Below are positions 18,005 through 27,431 of a DNA stretch of 40,861 nt, in pieces. The stretch lies in NCBI GenBank assembly GCA_010092855.1, contig JAADYV010000285.1, positions 1-40,861 of the forward strand, read 5' to 3'. The stretch comes from Chloroflexota bacterium. GTDB taxonomy: Bacteria; Chloroflexota; Anaerolineae; Aggregatilineales; Aggregatilineaceae. The notes under the pieces are model-generated. The model saw only the letters and a program-made list of their open reading frames with translations. It was not told the origin of the DNA and ran no database searches. Numbering within the stretch: position 1 is the stretch's first letter; the number at the start of each line of letters is the position of its first letter. Both the position numbers and the translations under genes were made by a program.

Positions 18005-19384
18005 ATGCGTAAGTTTGGTGTTCTCGCTACACTGGTTATGGTAGTGGCGCTGGCCCTGCCGATGTTCGCTGTCAACGCTCAGGACGGTTTCCGTCCGACA
18101 TTCGAACTGGGCACGGAACCGGCGGCTGAAGGCCCGCTGGCCGGTGTCGATCCGAGCGGCGTGACCATTACCTGGTGGCACCAGCACGGTGGCGCGCGTG
18201 AAGAATTCCTGAACCCGCTGGTCGAAGAATTCAACGCCAACAACCCCTGGGGCATCACGGTTGAAGCCTCCAACCAGGGTGGCTATGGCGACATCTACAA
18301 CAAGATGATCACCGGCATTCCCACTGGCGAAGTTCCCAATATCGTGGTGGCCTACCAGAACCAGTCCGCGGCCTACTACCTGGCCGGTGGCCTGCCCCAG
18401 GACATGGATGTCTACGTGACCGACCCGACCTGGGGTCTGAACGAAGCCGAAGTTGCGGACTTTGTCCCCGGCTTCTTCACCCAGGACTACACCCCTGACG
18501 GTGCTGCCCGTATCGGCTTCCCCCCCAACCGCTCGATTGAAGGCCTGTACTACAACGCGACCGCGCTGGCCGAACTCGGCTACGATGCTCCCCCGACCTC
18601 CTGGGAACAGTTTGGCGAGATGGCCTGCGCCTTCACCGAACAGGGTTGGAGCGGCTATGACGGTGACGATACCGTTGGTTACTCCGTCCGCACCGACGCT
18701 TCCAACATCGCCGCTGGCGCGTTCGCCAACGGTGGCGACATCTACTCCGATGGCGCGTTCACCTACGACAGCCAAGCGACCGTTGACTACGTCCAGTTCA
18801 TGGTTGACCTGTACAACGATGGCTGCGCCGAACTGGTAGCCGAAGCCTACGGCGATCAGAACAATTTCACTGCTGGCCGCGCCCTGTTCTACATGGGTTC
18901 GACCTCCGGCCTGCCGTATGTCCGCTCGGGCATCGAAGAAGCCTACGAGACTCCCTTCGAGTGGAGCGTGACCTACTTCCCGTATGTGGACGCCCCGGTG
19001 GCCGATGTGTACGGCGCGAGCGTTAGCATCGTGGCCGCGACCCCCGAAGAAGAACTGGCTTCCTGGCTGTTCATCCGCTGGTTCACCGAATCTGAACAGC
19101 AAGCGCAGTGGGCGGCTGTCAGCAACTACTTCCCGGTCCGTTTCTCCACCCAGGCTGGCATGGACACCATGTTCTCCGACTTCCCGCAGTACGAAGACGC
19201 CTGGGGCCTGCTGCAGGGCGAAACCCGCGTTGAGCCGCAGATCGCCAGCTACGACGTGATCCGCGACGAAGCCCGCGCTGCTTTCGACAACCTGCTGGCC
19301 GGTGGCGGCGATGTTGAAACCGCTATGGCTGAACTGACCATCACGGCCAACGAAATCATGGCCTCTTTCACCCCCGAAGGCTAA
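18005..19384 (+). CDS. ABC transporter extracellular solute-binding protein (family 1, carbohydrate-type)
   Basis: ATG at 18005 is preceded by AGGAGGAACAAA. Signal peptide MRKFGVLATLVMVVALALPMFAVNAQ. The length and composition fit sugar SBPs. No permease or ATPase gene is adjacent. Confidence 0.8.
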   Translation: MRKFGVLATLVMVVALALPMFAVNAQDGFRPTFELGTEPAAEGPLAGVDPSGVTITWWHQHGGAREEFLNPLVEEFNANNPWGITVEASNQGGYGDIYNKMITGIPTGEVPNIVVAYQNQSAAYYLAGGLPQDMDVYVTDPTWGLNEAEVADFVPGFFTQDYTPDGAARIGFPPNRSIEGLYYNATALAELGYDAPPTSWEQFGEMACAFTEQGWSGYDGDDTVGYSVRTDASNIAAGAFANGGDIYSDGAFTYDSQATVDYVQFMVDLYNDGCAELVAEAYGDQNNFTAGRALFYMGSTSGLPYVRSGIEEAYETPFEWSVTYFPYVDAPVADVYGASVSIVAATPEEELASWLFIRWFTESEQQAQWAAVSNYFPVRFSTQAGMDTMFSDFPQYEDAWGLLQGETRVEPQIASYDVIRDEARAAFDNLLAGGGDVETAMAELTITANEIMASFTPEG

Positions 19385-19415
19385 GTCCTTCCCAGAGTAA
19401 GTACGCTACACTTGA

Positions 19416-19447
19416 CAAGGTCGTCCATCTGGGCGGCCTTGTTTTGT
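19416..19447 (+). terminator. Rho-independent terminator of the SBP gene
   Basis: CAAGGTCGTCC-ATCT-GGGCGGCCTTG forms an 11-bp stem (two G.U pairs) followed by TTTTGT, 32 nt after the stop. Confidence 0.7.
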
Positions 19448-19504
19448 AGGGGGGTGATGGGTCGCAGCGGTGCGGGTACAGCGGGTGGCGCGCAGAAAGA
19501 CGGC

Positions 19505-20698
19505 TTAGCTGCCGCCCTGGTTTTGCGCCATGGTCGTGATCTGGGCGACCAGTTGGCGAATGCGCTGGTCGAGCGTAATCAAATGCCGGTGGGCGTCCTT
19601 CGAGATTTTGCCCGCGTTACCTTGTGCAATGCGGTTGACCTCGGCTTCAATCTCGACCAGAGGTTGGTGCAGGCGCGAGAGCACGATCTGCAACTGGCGT
19701 CCGCGCTGGGCATCCCGGCTGCGCAGTTCTTCGAACGAGGATTCCATCAAACGCGCGCGTTCCTCCAACATGCGAAACAGGCGCGCGTTGACGATGGCAA
19801 TGGCCGCATAGTCGGCCAGCATCCGCAGCAGCCGGTTGTGCTCGTCGGTGAAGGAAGTCTGGCTTTCGTGATTTCCGACCGCCAGTACGCCAATGGCGTT
19901 GGTCTGGATGGTGAGTGGTACATAGGCGACGGCGTTCAAGTCCCGGCTGACGGCAAAGCGCCGCAGGCTGTCACCGGCCACTACCAGCCCTTCGCGCGAG
20001 GTCATGACCAGGTCGGCGAGTTGGTCCTGGACCGCTTCCCCTACCCGGTCCAGCATGGCCAGGGGCAGGTTCTTGCCCGCGCGCAGAATCAAGCGCTCGC
20101 TCTGGTCGTCGCGCAGCAGCAACAGCGCGTGGTCGGCGTTGGTCATCGACAGCGCGCCTTCCAGCACTCCGTCGAACAGTCCTTCCAGGTTGTGCATCGC
20201 TGTAACCGACTGGCCGATGTCGTACAGCGTAGTCAGTTGCCGGATCCGTGTTTCCAACTGCTGGTTCGAGTGCTGCAACTGGGTCATCAACTGGGTGCGG
20301 TCGCGGCGCAGCCGGACTTCGGCTAGCCCGCGCTCAACGGCGGCTAACACTTCGGTTTCGCGCAGCGGTCGTGTTACGAAATCGGAGGCACCCAACCGGA
20401 AGGCTTCGATGGCGGTTTGTGCCGTCTGGGCATCTCGCCCCTCGGCGATGACGATGATCGGCCCATGAAACCCCTGCGATTTGATGCCCACCAGCATGTC
20501 TCGTCCGCTCAGACCGGGCAGTTGGAGGTCAAGCACGACCAGGTCCGGTTTGAACTGGGGCAGAGCCTGCAGCGCATCGGGGCCGTCTTTCGCTTCTCCC
20601 ACGACAAAATCACTGGATGCAAATACCTGTTCGCGTAGCAGGGTCCGGGTTTCAGGATCATCATCTATAATCAAAATTCTGTCTGCGGGTGTATTCAT
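19505..20698 (-). CDS. Response regulator, REC + GAF + C-terminal coiled-coil region
   Basis: The REC domain reads ILIIDDDPETR..DLVVLDLQLPGLSG.. It is followed by a GAF-like segment (..ALLLLRDDQSERLILRAGKN..AVAYVPLTIQTNAIGVLAVGNH..) and a helical tail. AGGAGA lies 8 nt upstream of the ATG. Confidence 0.8.
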   Translation of the reverse strand: MNTPADRILIIDDDPETRTLLREQVFASSDFVVGEAKDGPDALQALPQFKPDLVVLDLQLPGLSGRDMLVGIKSQGFHGPIIVIAEGRDAQTAQTAIEAFRLGASDFVTRPLRETEVLAAVERGLAEVRLRRDRTQLMTQLQHSNQQLETRIRQLTTLYDIGQSVTAMHNLEGLFDGVLEGALSMTNADHALLLLRDDQSERLILRAGKNLPLAMLDRVGEAVQDQLADLVMTSREGLVVAGDSLRRFAVSRDLNAVAYVPLTIQTNAIGVLAVGNHESQTSFTDEHNRLLRMLADYAAIAIVNARLFRMLEERARLMESSFEELRSRDAQRGRQLQIVLSRLHQPLVEIEAEVNRIAQGNAGKISKDAHRHLITLDQRIRQLVAQITTMAQNQGGS

Positions 20699-20754
20699 GT
20701 GCTTGTTCTCCTGGCCCTGCTGGTCGATAGGTGCTGCCTGTGTATCACGCCTTA

Positions 20755-20760
20755 ATTATA
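20755..20760 (-). promoter_or_regulatory. Candidate -10 box (TATAAT on the minus strand) for the REC-GAF gene
   Basis: The minus strand reads ..GGCTATAATTAAGG.., ~55 nt upstream of the ATG at 20698 and just downstream of the terminator of the preceding gene. Confidence 0.3.
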
Positions 20761-20773
20761 GCCACAACCAGCG

Positions 20774-20817
20774 GAGAAATAACAATAGCCGGGTGAATGA
20801 CACCATTCAGCCCGGCT
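20774..20817 (-). terminator. Rho-independent terminator of the REC-GGDEF-like gene
   Basis: The minus strand reads AGCCGGG(C)TGAATG-GTGT-CATTCACCCGGCT (13 bp with one bulge) followed by ATTGTTATTTCT, 35 nt after the stop at 20853. Confidence 0.6.
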
Positions 20818-20852
20818 TGACATGTGTTTGCAGGTAATGATAATGGGGGGGG

Positions 20853-21716
20853 TTACAGTTCCCGCGACTTGAGGATAGCGCTTTTCAGAGCGTCGAGATC
20901 GTTGAATGGTCCGCTGCTGGATTCGATCTGGCCGATGACCAGCTTGAGCCGGTTTTCTTCCATCGCTTGTTTGGCTTTGTCCCGGTCTTTGAGGGGGTAG
21001 AAGTATTCCATCGACTGGTTCAGCCGCAGCTCAACCCGTTCGCGGATGCCAGCCAGGTGCTCGCTGCCCGTGATGATAATGAAGTCATGAGGAGCCAGGT
21101 GGCCGATAAAATCTGTTTCGTTGCCGACTTCGCGCACAGCGTTATTCATCATCAGGCTGACAGCGCGCAGCACGTCGTCCGACGCCACGAAGCCATACAT
21201 CTCGCGGAAGTTGTCCAGCCCCATGATCGTCATCAGCAGCATGGCCCATGGATCATTTTCCAGGATGACCTTGCCCAGCCGTTCGTCCACCACCGGGCCT
21301 TCGGGCAGGTTTGTTACCGGGTTGACGAGTGATGCCTGGTTGGCCCGGCGCAGTGCATTCCGTACCCGCAGCCGGAGTTCCTGGATATCAAACGGCTTGG
21401 TGATGTAATCTACAACGCCCAGTTCCAGCCCGACCAGCTTGTCCACCCGGTCCCGCTTTTCGGTCAGGAAGATGATCGGTACGTCCTGCGTCCGGCGATG
21501 GGTGCGCAACCGGCGGCACACTTCATACCCGTCGATATCCGGTAGCCGGATATCCAACACAACCAGGTCAGGCCGGACTTCTTGTGTCAGCCGCACCGCG
21601 TCCTCGCCCCAGGCCGCCGTCTGTACTTCGTACCCCTGCACCCGGAAATACGCATTGAGCATTTCCGACAGGTCCAAATCGTCTTCCACAATCAAAATGT
21701 GGGATTTATCGGTCAC
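20853..21716 (-). CDS. Response regulator, REC + degenerate GGDEF domain (predicted catalytically inactive)
   Basis: REC domain: ILIVEDDLD..LVVLDIRLPDIDG..ITKPF. The GGDEF-like domain begins NPVTNLPEG, but the signature reads HLAPHDF (21081-21101) where R-x-GGDEF is expected. Confidence 0.8.
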   Translation of the reverse strand: MTDKSHILIVEDDLDLSEMLNAYFRVQGYEVQTAAWGEDAVRLTQEVRPDLVVLDIRLPDIDGYEVCRRLRTHRRTQDVPIIFLTEKRDRVDKLVGLELGVVDYITKPFDIQELRLRVRNALRRANQASLVNPVTNLPEGPVVDERLGKVILENDPWAMLLMTIMGLDNFREMYGFVASDDVLRAVSLMMNNAVREVGNETDFIGHLAPHDFIIITGSEHLAGIRERVELRLNQSMEYFYPLKDRDKAKQAMEENRLKLVIGQIESSSGPFNDLDALKSAILKSREL

Positions 21717-21971
21717 GATACCCCCTTGTGGGCAGCAATCTGTGAGCTACTCAATGCTGAAGCAATTGGGCTTCTAGACTTCTCAGCAGTCTGCCCAACG
21801 GGAGAAGGCCTGGTTTTCGCCATGGTGTCCCTGCGACGGGATTTTACAGTGGCTCTACGCCAACCACCTATCCCGTCCCGTCTGACAACCGCTCCACCTT
21901 TTGTACTCCTGCGCTTTGCAGGAACTCCTGCGCTCCACAGGAGGCGAGTTCAACAAGCACTCGCAAGTAGA

Positions 21972-21985
21972 CATAGTATACTATG
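21972..21985. promoter_or_regulatory. Perfect 14-bp palindrome CATAGTATACTATG (candidate operator)
   Basis: It is exactly self-complementary and AT-rich in a GC-rich genome. It lies ~255 nt upstream of the REC-GGDEF-like start, inside a 463-nt non-coding gap. Confidence 0.3.
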
Positions 21986-22179
21986 GAGAGCGATTGGTGG
22001 GCAAAATGCGCTAAAGCATTTTGGCAGCCCCTTCTGTCCCAAGCCTGAAGGCATGGGTTTTACGGGGCCTTCCTATAGCCTTGTCCAACACCGCTGGCAC
22101 ATTATCCCGTCACCAGGCGGTGTTGATACGTTTCTGGCGCAGGTGATAGCAATGATGTAATGGGCTGCTGTGCCCGACG

Positions 22180-22551
22180 TTAGACTAGCTTTTCTAATTC
22201 CTTGACGGCGCGTGACATATCCAGGAAGATCAGGCCGAGTTTGGCCTGTTCGCGTGCCAGGACTGTCAGCACGGCTTCTTCTCCGATGGCGCTCAAGATC
22301 ACAAAGCCCTTCTCGCCTTTGATATAGACCTGGTCCAGGCTGCCACGCCCCAATTCGGACGCAATGCGTTCACCCAGCGATAACATGGCTGCCGACATCG
22401 CCGATACGCGGTCTTCTTCGACATTGCCGGGCAATGACGAAGCCATGGTCAACCCATCGACGCTTACAACAGCGGCAGCTTCAATATCGGGTGAACTAAC
22501 CTGGAGGTCGCGCAAATGTTCTACAAGCTGCTCATTGCGTGATTTAGCCAA
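22180..22551 (-). CDS. Roadblock/LC7 (MglB-like) domain protein
   Basis: ..LVEHLRDLQVSSPDIEAAAVVSVDGLTMASSLPGNVEEDRVSAMSAAMLSLGERIASELGRGSLDQVYIKGEKGFVILSAIGEEAVLTVLA.. is typical of Robl_LC7. I chose the TTG at 22551, which is preceded by GGGAGA; the track start at 22641 is less likely. Confidence 0.75.
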   Translation of the reverse strand: MAKSRNEQLVEHLRDLQVSSPDIEAAAVVSVDGLTMASSLPGNVEEDRVSAMSAAMLSLGERIASELGRGSLDQVYIKGEKGFVILSAIGEEAVLTVLAREQAKLGLIFLDMSRAVKELEKLV

Positions 22552-22752
22552 CGTCGTTCTCCCTGTTGTACCGGTTTTTTGAGGACAGAAGCGGTGTTTG
22601 TGTGCCGTACTGTAGCACACCGCCGATCCCTTGTCAAGCAAAGATCAGCGACCTGGTACTAACTCAAAACCAACCAATTACTAATTTTCCCAGGGCGGAA
22701 AATGGGCCATATGATTGACCCCCTCCATGCCTTGTGGATGATCTGCGAACGG

Positions 22753-23721
22753 TCATTTTTGCGGCTGGGTGGTGTGGCTATCAGCCTGGCATTCATCCGG
22801 GCAGGCCGATAGCCACGCCTGCAGTTGATCGTAGGCTGGCGCAGCGGTGGCCCCTCCTACCCCCGTGACCGACAGCCCGCCGCAGATGTTGGCATAACAG
22901 ACGCTGTTGAGCAGTGGCTTCTGCTCCACCACGTAACCGCGCAAAAACCCCGCGTTGAAACAGTCACCCGCGCCGGTCGTGTCGATCACCGGGCCAGCAT
23001 TGATCGCGGGGACGTGCGTGATCTGGCCCCCGGTGCCGATCCATGCGCCGTTGGCCCCATCCTTAACCACGACTGCTTCCACCCAGGCCATGATCTGATG
23101 GATGGCGGCGTGAACCGAGCTGGTGCCGCTGACGATCAGCGCTTCGCGGGCGTTGGGCAAAAAGACATCGACCAGCGCCAGCAGATCGCACCATGCGCAA
23201 GGCGTGTGCAGGACAGGGACATCCTGGCAGTCCATAGTGATGGTTGCGCCGCGCGTGCGGGCCACAGCCGCCAGTGGCGTGAGTTCGTCTATCGACATCA
23301 ATCCGCCGAGGTGCAGATGTTTGAACTCGACCTGCTGCATCCGCTCCAGCCAGAAAGCGTGCATATCGAGCGGGGCCGGATCGATATAGGTCACAAACGC
23401 GCGTTCCCCCTCGTAGGGGATCGAGGTGGATACGCGGCGGTAGGGGGCGTCGATGCAGCGCGAAAGGGACAGATCGATCTGGGCTTCACGCGCGATCTCG
23501 TACACAAAGCGGCTGTAGTAGTCATTGCCGAAGACGGCAGGCCAGGCGGTTTTGACCTCCAGGCGGTGCAGCGAGGCCGCCGTGATGTACATGCCGCCGC
23601 CGGTGGAGATGATGCCGGTGCCGTATACTTCCTGGCCCAGGACCGGGAACGATGGCAAACCGGTGTAGATCAGGTCGAAAAAGTAGTCGCCGGGCAAAAA
23701 GATGTCGTACATAAAACCCAT
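22753..23721 (-). CDS. PfkB-family carbohydrate kinase (ribokinase-like)
   Basis: The C-terminal motif ..VIDTTGAGDCFNAGFL.. is present, and length and layout fit the ribokinase fold. Confidence 0.85.
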   Translation of the reverse strand: MGFMYDIFLPGDYFFDLIYTGLPSFPVLGQEVYGTGIISTGGGMYITAASLHRLEVKTAWPAVFGNDYYSRFVYEIAREAQIDLSLSRCIDAPYRRVSTSIPYEGERAFVTYIDPAPLDMHAFWLERMQQVEFKHLHLGGLMSIDELTPLAAVARTRGATITMDCQDVPVLHTPCAWCDLLALVDVFLPNAREALIVSGTSSVHAAIHQIMAWVEAVVVKDGANGAWIGTGGQITHVPAINAGPVIDTTGAGDCFNAGFLRGYVVEQKPLLNSVCYANICGGLSVTGVGGATAAPAYDQLQAWLSACPDECQADSHTTQPQK

Positions 23722-23809
23722 GTCGTCCTGTTCGTCGATGAAGGTACGATGTGCTTCAAGATAGTCCGAAATGGGGTTTTGCGCCAGCGTTACATTGAGC
23801 AGCGCGCAC

Positions 23810-24901
23810 CTAGCGCTTGACGCCCGTCATCGCAATGCCTTCGATGAAGTAGCGTTGCAGCAGCAAGAACATAAGCATCATCGGCAGCGTTGCCACCAGC
23901 GATCCCATCATCAGCAGATTCCAGGGCGTGCGACGCTCGCCTTGCAGCAGCGCGATGCCAATCGTGACCACGCGCGTATTCTGGCTGTTGGCCACTACCA
24001 GCGGGTAGAGAAAGTCGTTCCAGGCCGCCTGCACGGTGATCACGCCGAAGGCAGCCAGCGCAGGCACGGACAGCGGCAGCGTGACATGCCACAACACCTG
24101 CAGCGGATTCGCGCCGTCGATGGTGGCGGCTTCCTCCAGTTCGAGCGGAATTTGCATAAACGCCTGGCGCAGCAAAAACAGCGCAAACGCGCTAAACGTA
24201 CCAGGGATGATTAGCGCGCGGAAGGAATTGAGCCAGCCCAGGTCCCGGATCAGGATATATTCCGGGATCATGATGGCCTGGAACGGCACCATCAACAGCG
24301 CCAGGCATAGCGCAAAGATGATGTTGCGGCCCGGAAAGCGGAAGCGTGCAAATCCATAAGCTGCCAGCGAGCAGGTGACAAACTGGCCAAACGTGCGGCC
24401 CAGCGTTACCAGGGCGGAATTGCGCAGGTAGCGGTTGAACTGCGGCGACTGTTCGTACAGCAGGTCCACGTTCTCGCGGCAGGCAGGATTATCCGGCAAC
24501 CACTTGATCGGCACGCGGTTGGTTTCGGCAGGGGGCTTGCAGGCGGTGGACGCCATCCAGAAAAATGGCAGCAGCATCACCACCGCGCCCGCGATCAGGA
24601 TTGCGTAGACCAGGATGTGGCCCGGTTTGGCGAACAGGCGCGCCGGGTGGTAGGAAAACAGCGGTGGCTCGACTCCGGCTGCCATGTGTGCCCAGGTGCG
24701 CGTGGAAACCATGTAGGCGAGGGCCAGCCAGAACAGAAACAGCGCGGTCAGCCCACCCACCAGCCCGATCACCAAACCCAAGATTCTGCCCTTACTGGGG
24801 GACCGGTTGCGGCTGGCGAACAGGATGCGGGTTCCGACCAGGCCCAATCCAGCGGCGACTACGTGACTGGCCATCCAAACGGGGATCAACGGTATGTTCA
24901 T
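23810..24901 (-). CDS. Carbohydrate ABC transporter permease (MalG-like) with a ~95-aa N-terminal membrane extension
   Basis: EAA-type loop ..EEAATIDGANPLQVLWHVTLP.. The ATG at 24901 is preceded by GGAG 7 nt upstream. The track start at 24982 would overlap the upstream permease. Confidence 0.85.
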   Translation of the reverse strand: MNIPLIPVWMASHVVAAGLGLVGTRILFASRNRSPSKGRILGLVIGLVGGLTALFLFWLALAYMVSTRTWAHMAAGVEPPLFSYHPARLFAKPGHILVYAILIAGAVVMLLPFFWMASTACKPPAETNRVPIKWLPDNPACRENVDLLYEQSPQFNRYLRNSALVTLGRTFGQFVTCSLAAYGFARFRFPGRNIIFALCLALLMVPFQAIMIPEYILIRDLGWLNSFRALIIPGTFSAFALFLLRQAFMQIPLELEEAATIDGANPLQVLWHVTLPLSVPALAAFGVITVQAAWNDFLYPLVVANSQNTRVVTIGIALLQGERRTPWNLLMMGSLVATLPMMLMFLLLQRYFIEGIAMTGVKR

Positions 24902-24956
24902 GGTGTACTCCGCAGAGGGGAAGGTGTATTGTGCGCGCGTGGGTGCTGGAAGACCA

Positions 24957-25919
24957 TCATGCTTCTGCTTCCCCGGCTTCATAGTAAACCCAGTAGCGCT
25001 GGACGGCGAGCTGCACTAGCGTGATCGCCAGGATGATGGCGAACTGCGCCAGCGCGACGGCAGAAGCATAGCCCAGGCTCAGGTCAGCATCGACAAACGC
25101 GCGCTCATACATGTAATAAGTCAGCGTGGTGGCGCTGTCCAGCACGCCGCCCGGTACAAACCGCGCCGTGATGATGAACGCCTGGTCGAAGATCAGGAAA
25201 CTGTTGATGATGGCCAGCACCATGACCAGGAAGGTGGTGGGCGAGAGCATCGGCAGCGTCACGTAGCGGAAGCGCTGCCAGCGGTTCGCGCCATCAATGG
25301 TAGCGGCGTCGTACAACACGTTCGGAATGGCTTGCAGTCCGGAAAGAAACAGTACCATGTCGAAGCCGATGCGCTGCCAGACGGTGACTGCCGCAATCGG
25401 GAACAGGATGAACTTGGGATCGGTCAACCACTTGCGGTCGGCCCAACTGGTCGAGGCCACGATCTTGCTTAGCAGGCCGGATTCGGGCTGGAAAACATTG
25501 GTCCACACCACCGAGGCCGCAACGGTCGAGGTGACGACGGGGATGAAATACGCCATGCGCAACAGGCCACGCCCGCGCAGGGGAATGTTCAATAATAGCG
25601 CCACACCCAGCGCCAGCACCATCTCAGCAGGGACCGTGTAGCCGACCAGCTTAAGAGTGATGGTCAGCGCATCCCTGAACTTGTCGTCCTGCGCCAGCGT
25701 CTGGAAGTTCTCCAGGCCGATGTATTGCGCGGGTTGGATGCCGTTCCACTGCTGGAGCGACGTCCAGAAGGTCATCAGCACCGGCACGCCAAAGAAGAAA
25801 AACAGCCCGATGGTATTGGGCGCTATCAGGACCAGCCCCCACAGCGCCTTGCGGCGGCTGAGCGGCGTGGGGCCAAACAGGTTTAGCACACGGGATATGA
25901 TCCCGCGAATAAGAGTCAT
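24957..25919 (-). CDS. Carbohydrate ABC transporter permease (MalF/UgpA-like)
   Basis: Six TM segments and the EAA loop ..YDAATIDGANRWQRFRYVTLP.. Confidence 0.9.
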   Translation of the reverse strand: MTLIRGIISRVLNLFGPTPLSRRKALWGLVLIAPNTIGLFFFFGVPVLMTFWTSLQQWNGIQPAQYIGLENFQTLAQDDKFRDALTITLKLVGYTVPAEMVLALGVALLLNIPLRGRGLLRMAYFIPVVTSTVAASVVWTNVFQPESGLLSKIVASTSWADRKWLTDPKFILFPIAAVTVWQRIGFDMVLFLSGLQAIPNVLYDAATIDGANRWQRFRYVTLPMLSPTTFLVMVLAIINSFLIFDQAFIITARFVPGGVLDSATTLTYYMYERAFVDADLSLGYASAVALAQFAIILAITLVQLAVQRYWVYYEAGEAEA

Positions 25920-26049
25920 GAGCTACCTCTGAAAGCACCTGCGCTGCGGTGGGAGGTTGCGATCAACGCTGCAGCCAACAGGTGGTACGGAAAAACAGGC
26001 CGGGGAGCAGACTGGCCGCTCCCCGGAAATGGTCAACTTCAATGGTGGC

Positions 26050-27354
26050 TTAGGGCAGTTCGTCTTCAACCACGGAGCAGATTTCTTCAACCGCTGTTTC
26101 CACCGGGAAATCGAGGTCAAAGATCAATACAACCAGTTCGCTGTTGATCGGGTCCCAGATTTCGTCAAAGACGGTCACGCCCTGCGAGTCCTGGGTGGCG
26201 TCCACAAACGCCTGGATGTTGAGGTCGGTGTCGCCAAAGGAGTCGATCCATAGTTGCTGGATGGCGGGTGACGGGTTCGCGGGGGCCACGTTGCCGCCCT
26301 CGGCGAAGAAACGCTGTCCTTCGTCGCTGGCCAGGTACAGGATCAGGTTAGCGGCCAGGTCCGGGTTTTCGGTGTTGGCCGAAGCCACGTAGCCCACCGA
26401 ATGCACGATGGAGCGGCTGCGTTCGGTAGCGGGGTTCTGCGGAAGCTGCACGATGCCCCAGTCAAAATCGACCTGGTCGATGGCGTCCGTCAGTTTCCAC
26501 GAGCCAGCCGTGATCATGGCCACGCGCTCCGATGCCCAGAAGTTGAAGGCATCATCGGCAGAGGTGCCGCCCAGTTCGGAGATGCTGGGCATGTAGCCGT
26601 CGTTGTAGAGGTCCGCCAGGAAGTTGAGTGCTTCGAGCGAGCCGTCGTCGTCCAGCGTGCAGGCCGTGCGGGCGGCGTCCACGATAGGCGTGGTGCCGGT
26701 AGCCGCGATCCAGTTAGGATACCCGGCCTGGTATTCGAGATAAACAGCGGCACCGTAGACATCGCCAACGGTCAGTTCTTCAGCCGCCACGGCGAAGTCA
26801 TCCCAGTTCCAGTCGGCAGTGGGATAGTCCAGCCCGGCGTCGTCAAACATTTCCATGTTGTAGAAGATGGTAATGGTGTCCCAGTTGACGGGTGCGGCGT
26901 ACAGGTCGCCGTTGCCGCCCCAGCGATACGGGTCAACCAGGCCGCTGCCCCACAGACTGGTATCCACACCGAATTCATCCCAGTAGGGTTGCAGATTGAG
27001 CAGGGCGTCGTTGTCGGCGTAGAAGTAGAAAAAGGTCTGCGACATGTTGAACACGTCCGGCAGGTCACCGCCCGCTGCATTGGTGCGCAGCAGGTCCCAA
27101 TACTGGCCCCAGGGTGTGACCTCGATGTTAACTTCGGCTCCGGGGCAATAGTCGGCTTCCCAGGCAGCGATGGAATCCTCGATGATGGAGGCCCAGTTTT
27201 CGTCCCAGACCCACATCGTAAGCGTACCGGGTTCGTCGCAGGGTTGTGGTTGGATGAGGAGTTCTTCGCCGTCCTGCGCACGGACCGGGGCGGCCAGGGC
27301 GGAGATCATGAGCACGACGAGCAATACCACGAGCTGACGCTTGTTCTTCAGCAT
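26050..27354 (-). CDS. Carbohydrate ABC transporter substrate-binding protein
   Basis: ATG at 27354 is preceded by AAGGAGAG. Signal peptide MLKNKRQLVVLLVVLMISALAAPVRAQ. It is first in an SBP-permease-permease-kinase gene order. Confidence 0.85.
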   Translation of the reverse strand: MLKNKRQLVVLLVVLMISALAAPVRAQDGEELLIQPQPCDEPGTLTMWVWDENWASIIEDSIAAWEADYCPGAEVNIEVTPWGQYWDLLRTNAAGGDLPDVFNMSQTFFYFYADNDALLNLQPYWDEFGVDTSLWGSGLVDPYRWGGNGDLYAAPVNWDTITIFYNMEMFDDAGLDYPTADWNWDDFAVAAEELTVGDVYGAAVYLEYQAGYPNWIAATGTTPIVDAARTACTLDDDGSLEALNFLADLYNDGYMPSISELGGTSADDAFNFWASERVAMITAGSWKLTDAIDQVDFDWGIVQLPQNPATERSRSIVHSVGYVASANTENPDLAANLILYLASDEGQRFFAEGGNVAPANPSPAIQQLWIDSFGDTDLNIQAFVDATQDSQGVTVFDEIWDPINSELVVLIFDLDFPVETAVEEICSVVEDELP

Positions 27355-27431
27355 GCTAACTCTCCTTGTAAAAAGTTGACATAAGTTGCGAAACAACCGC
27401 GCGGGGCAGTTGGTTACGCCATTGGCTTATT

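Noticed and set aside
21582-22160. 192-aa + strand ORF spanning the long intergenic region
   Set aside because: It overlaps the REC-GGDEF-like gene start in antisense, has no motifs or plausible RBS, and has a lower-GC, non-coding-like composition.
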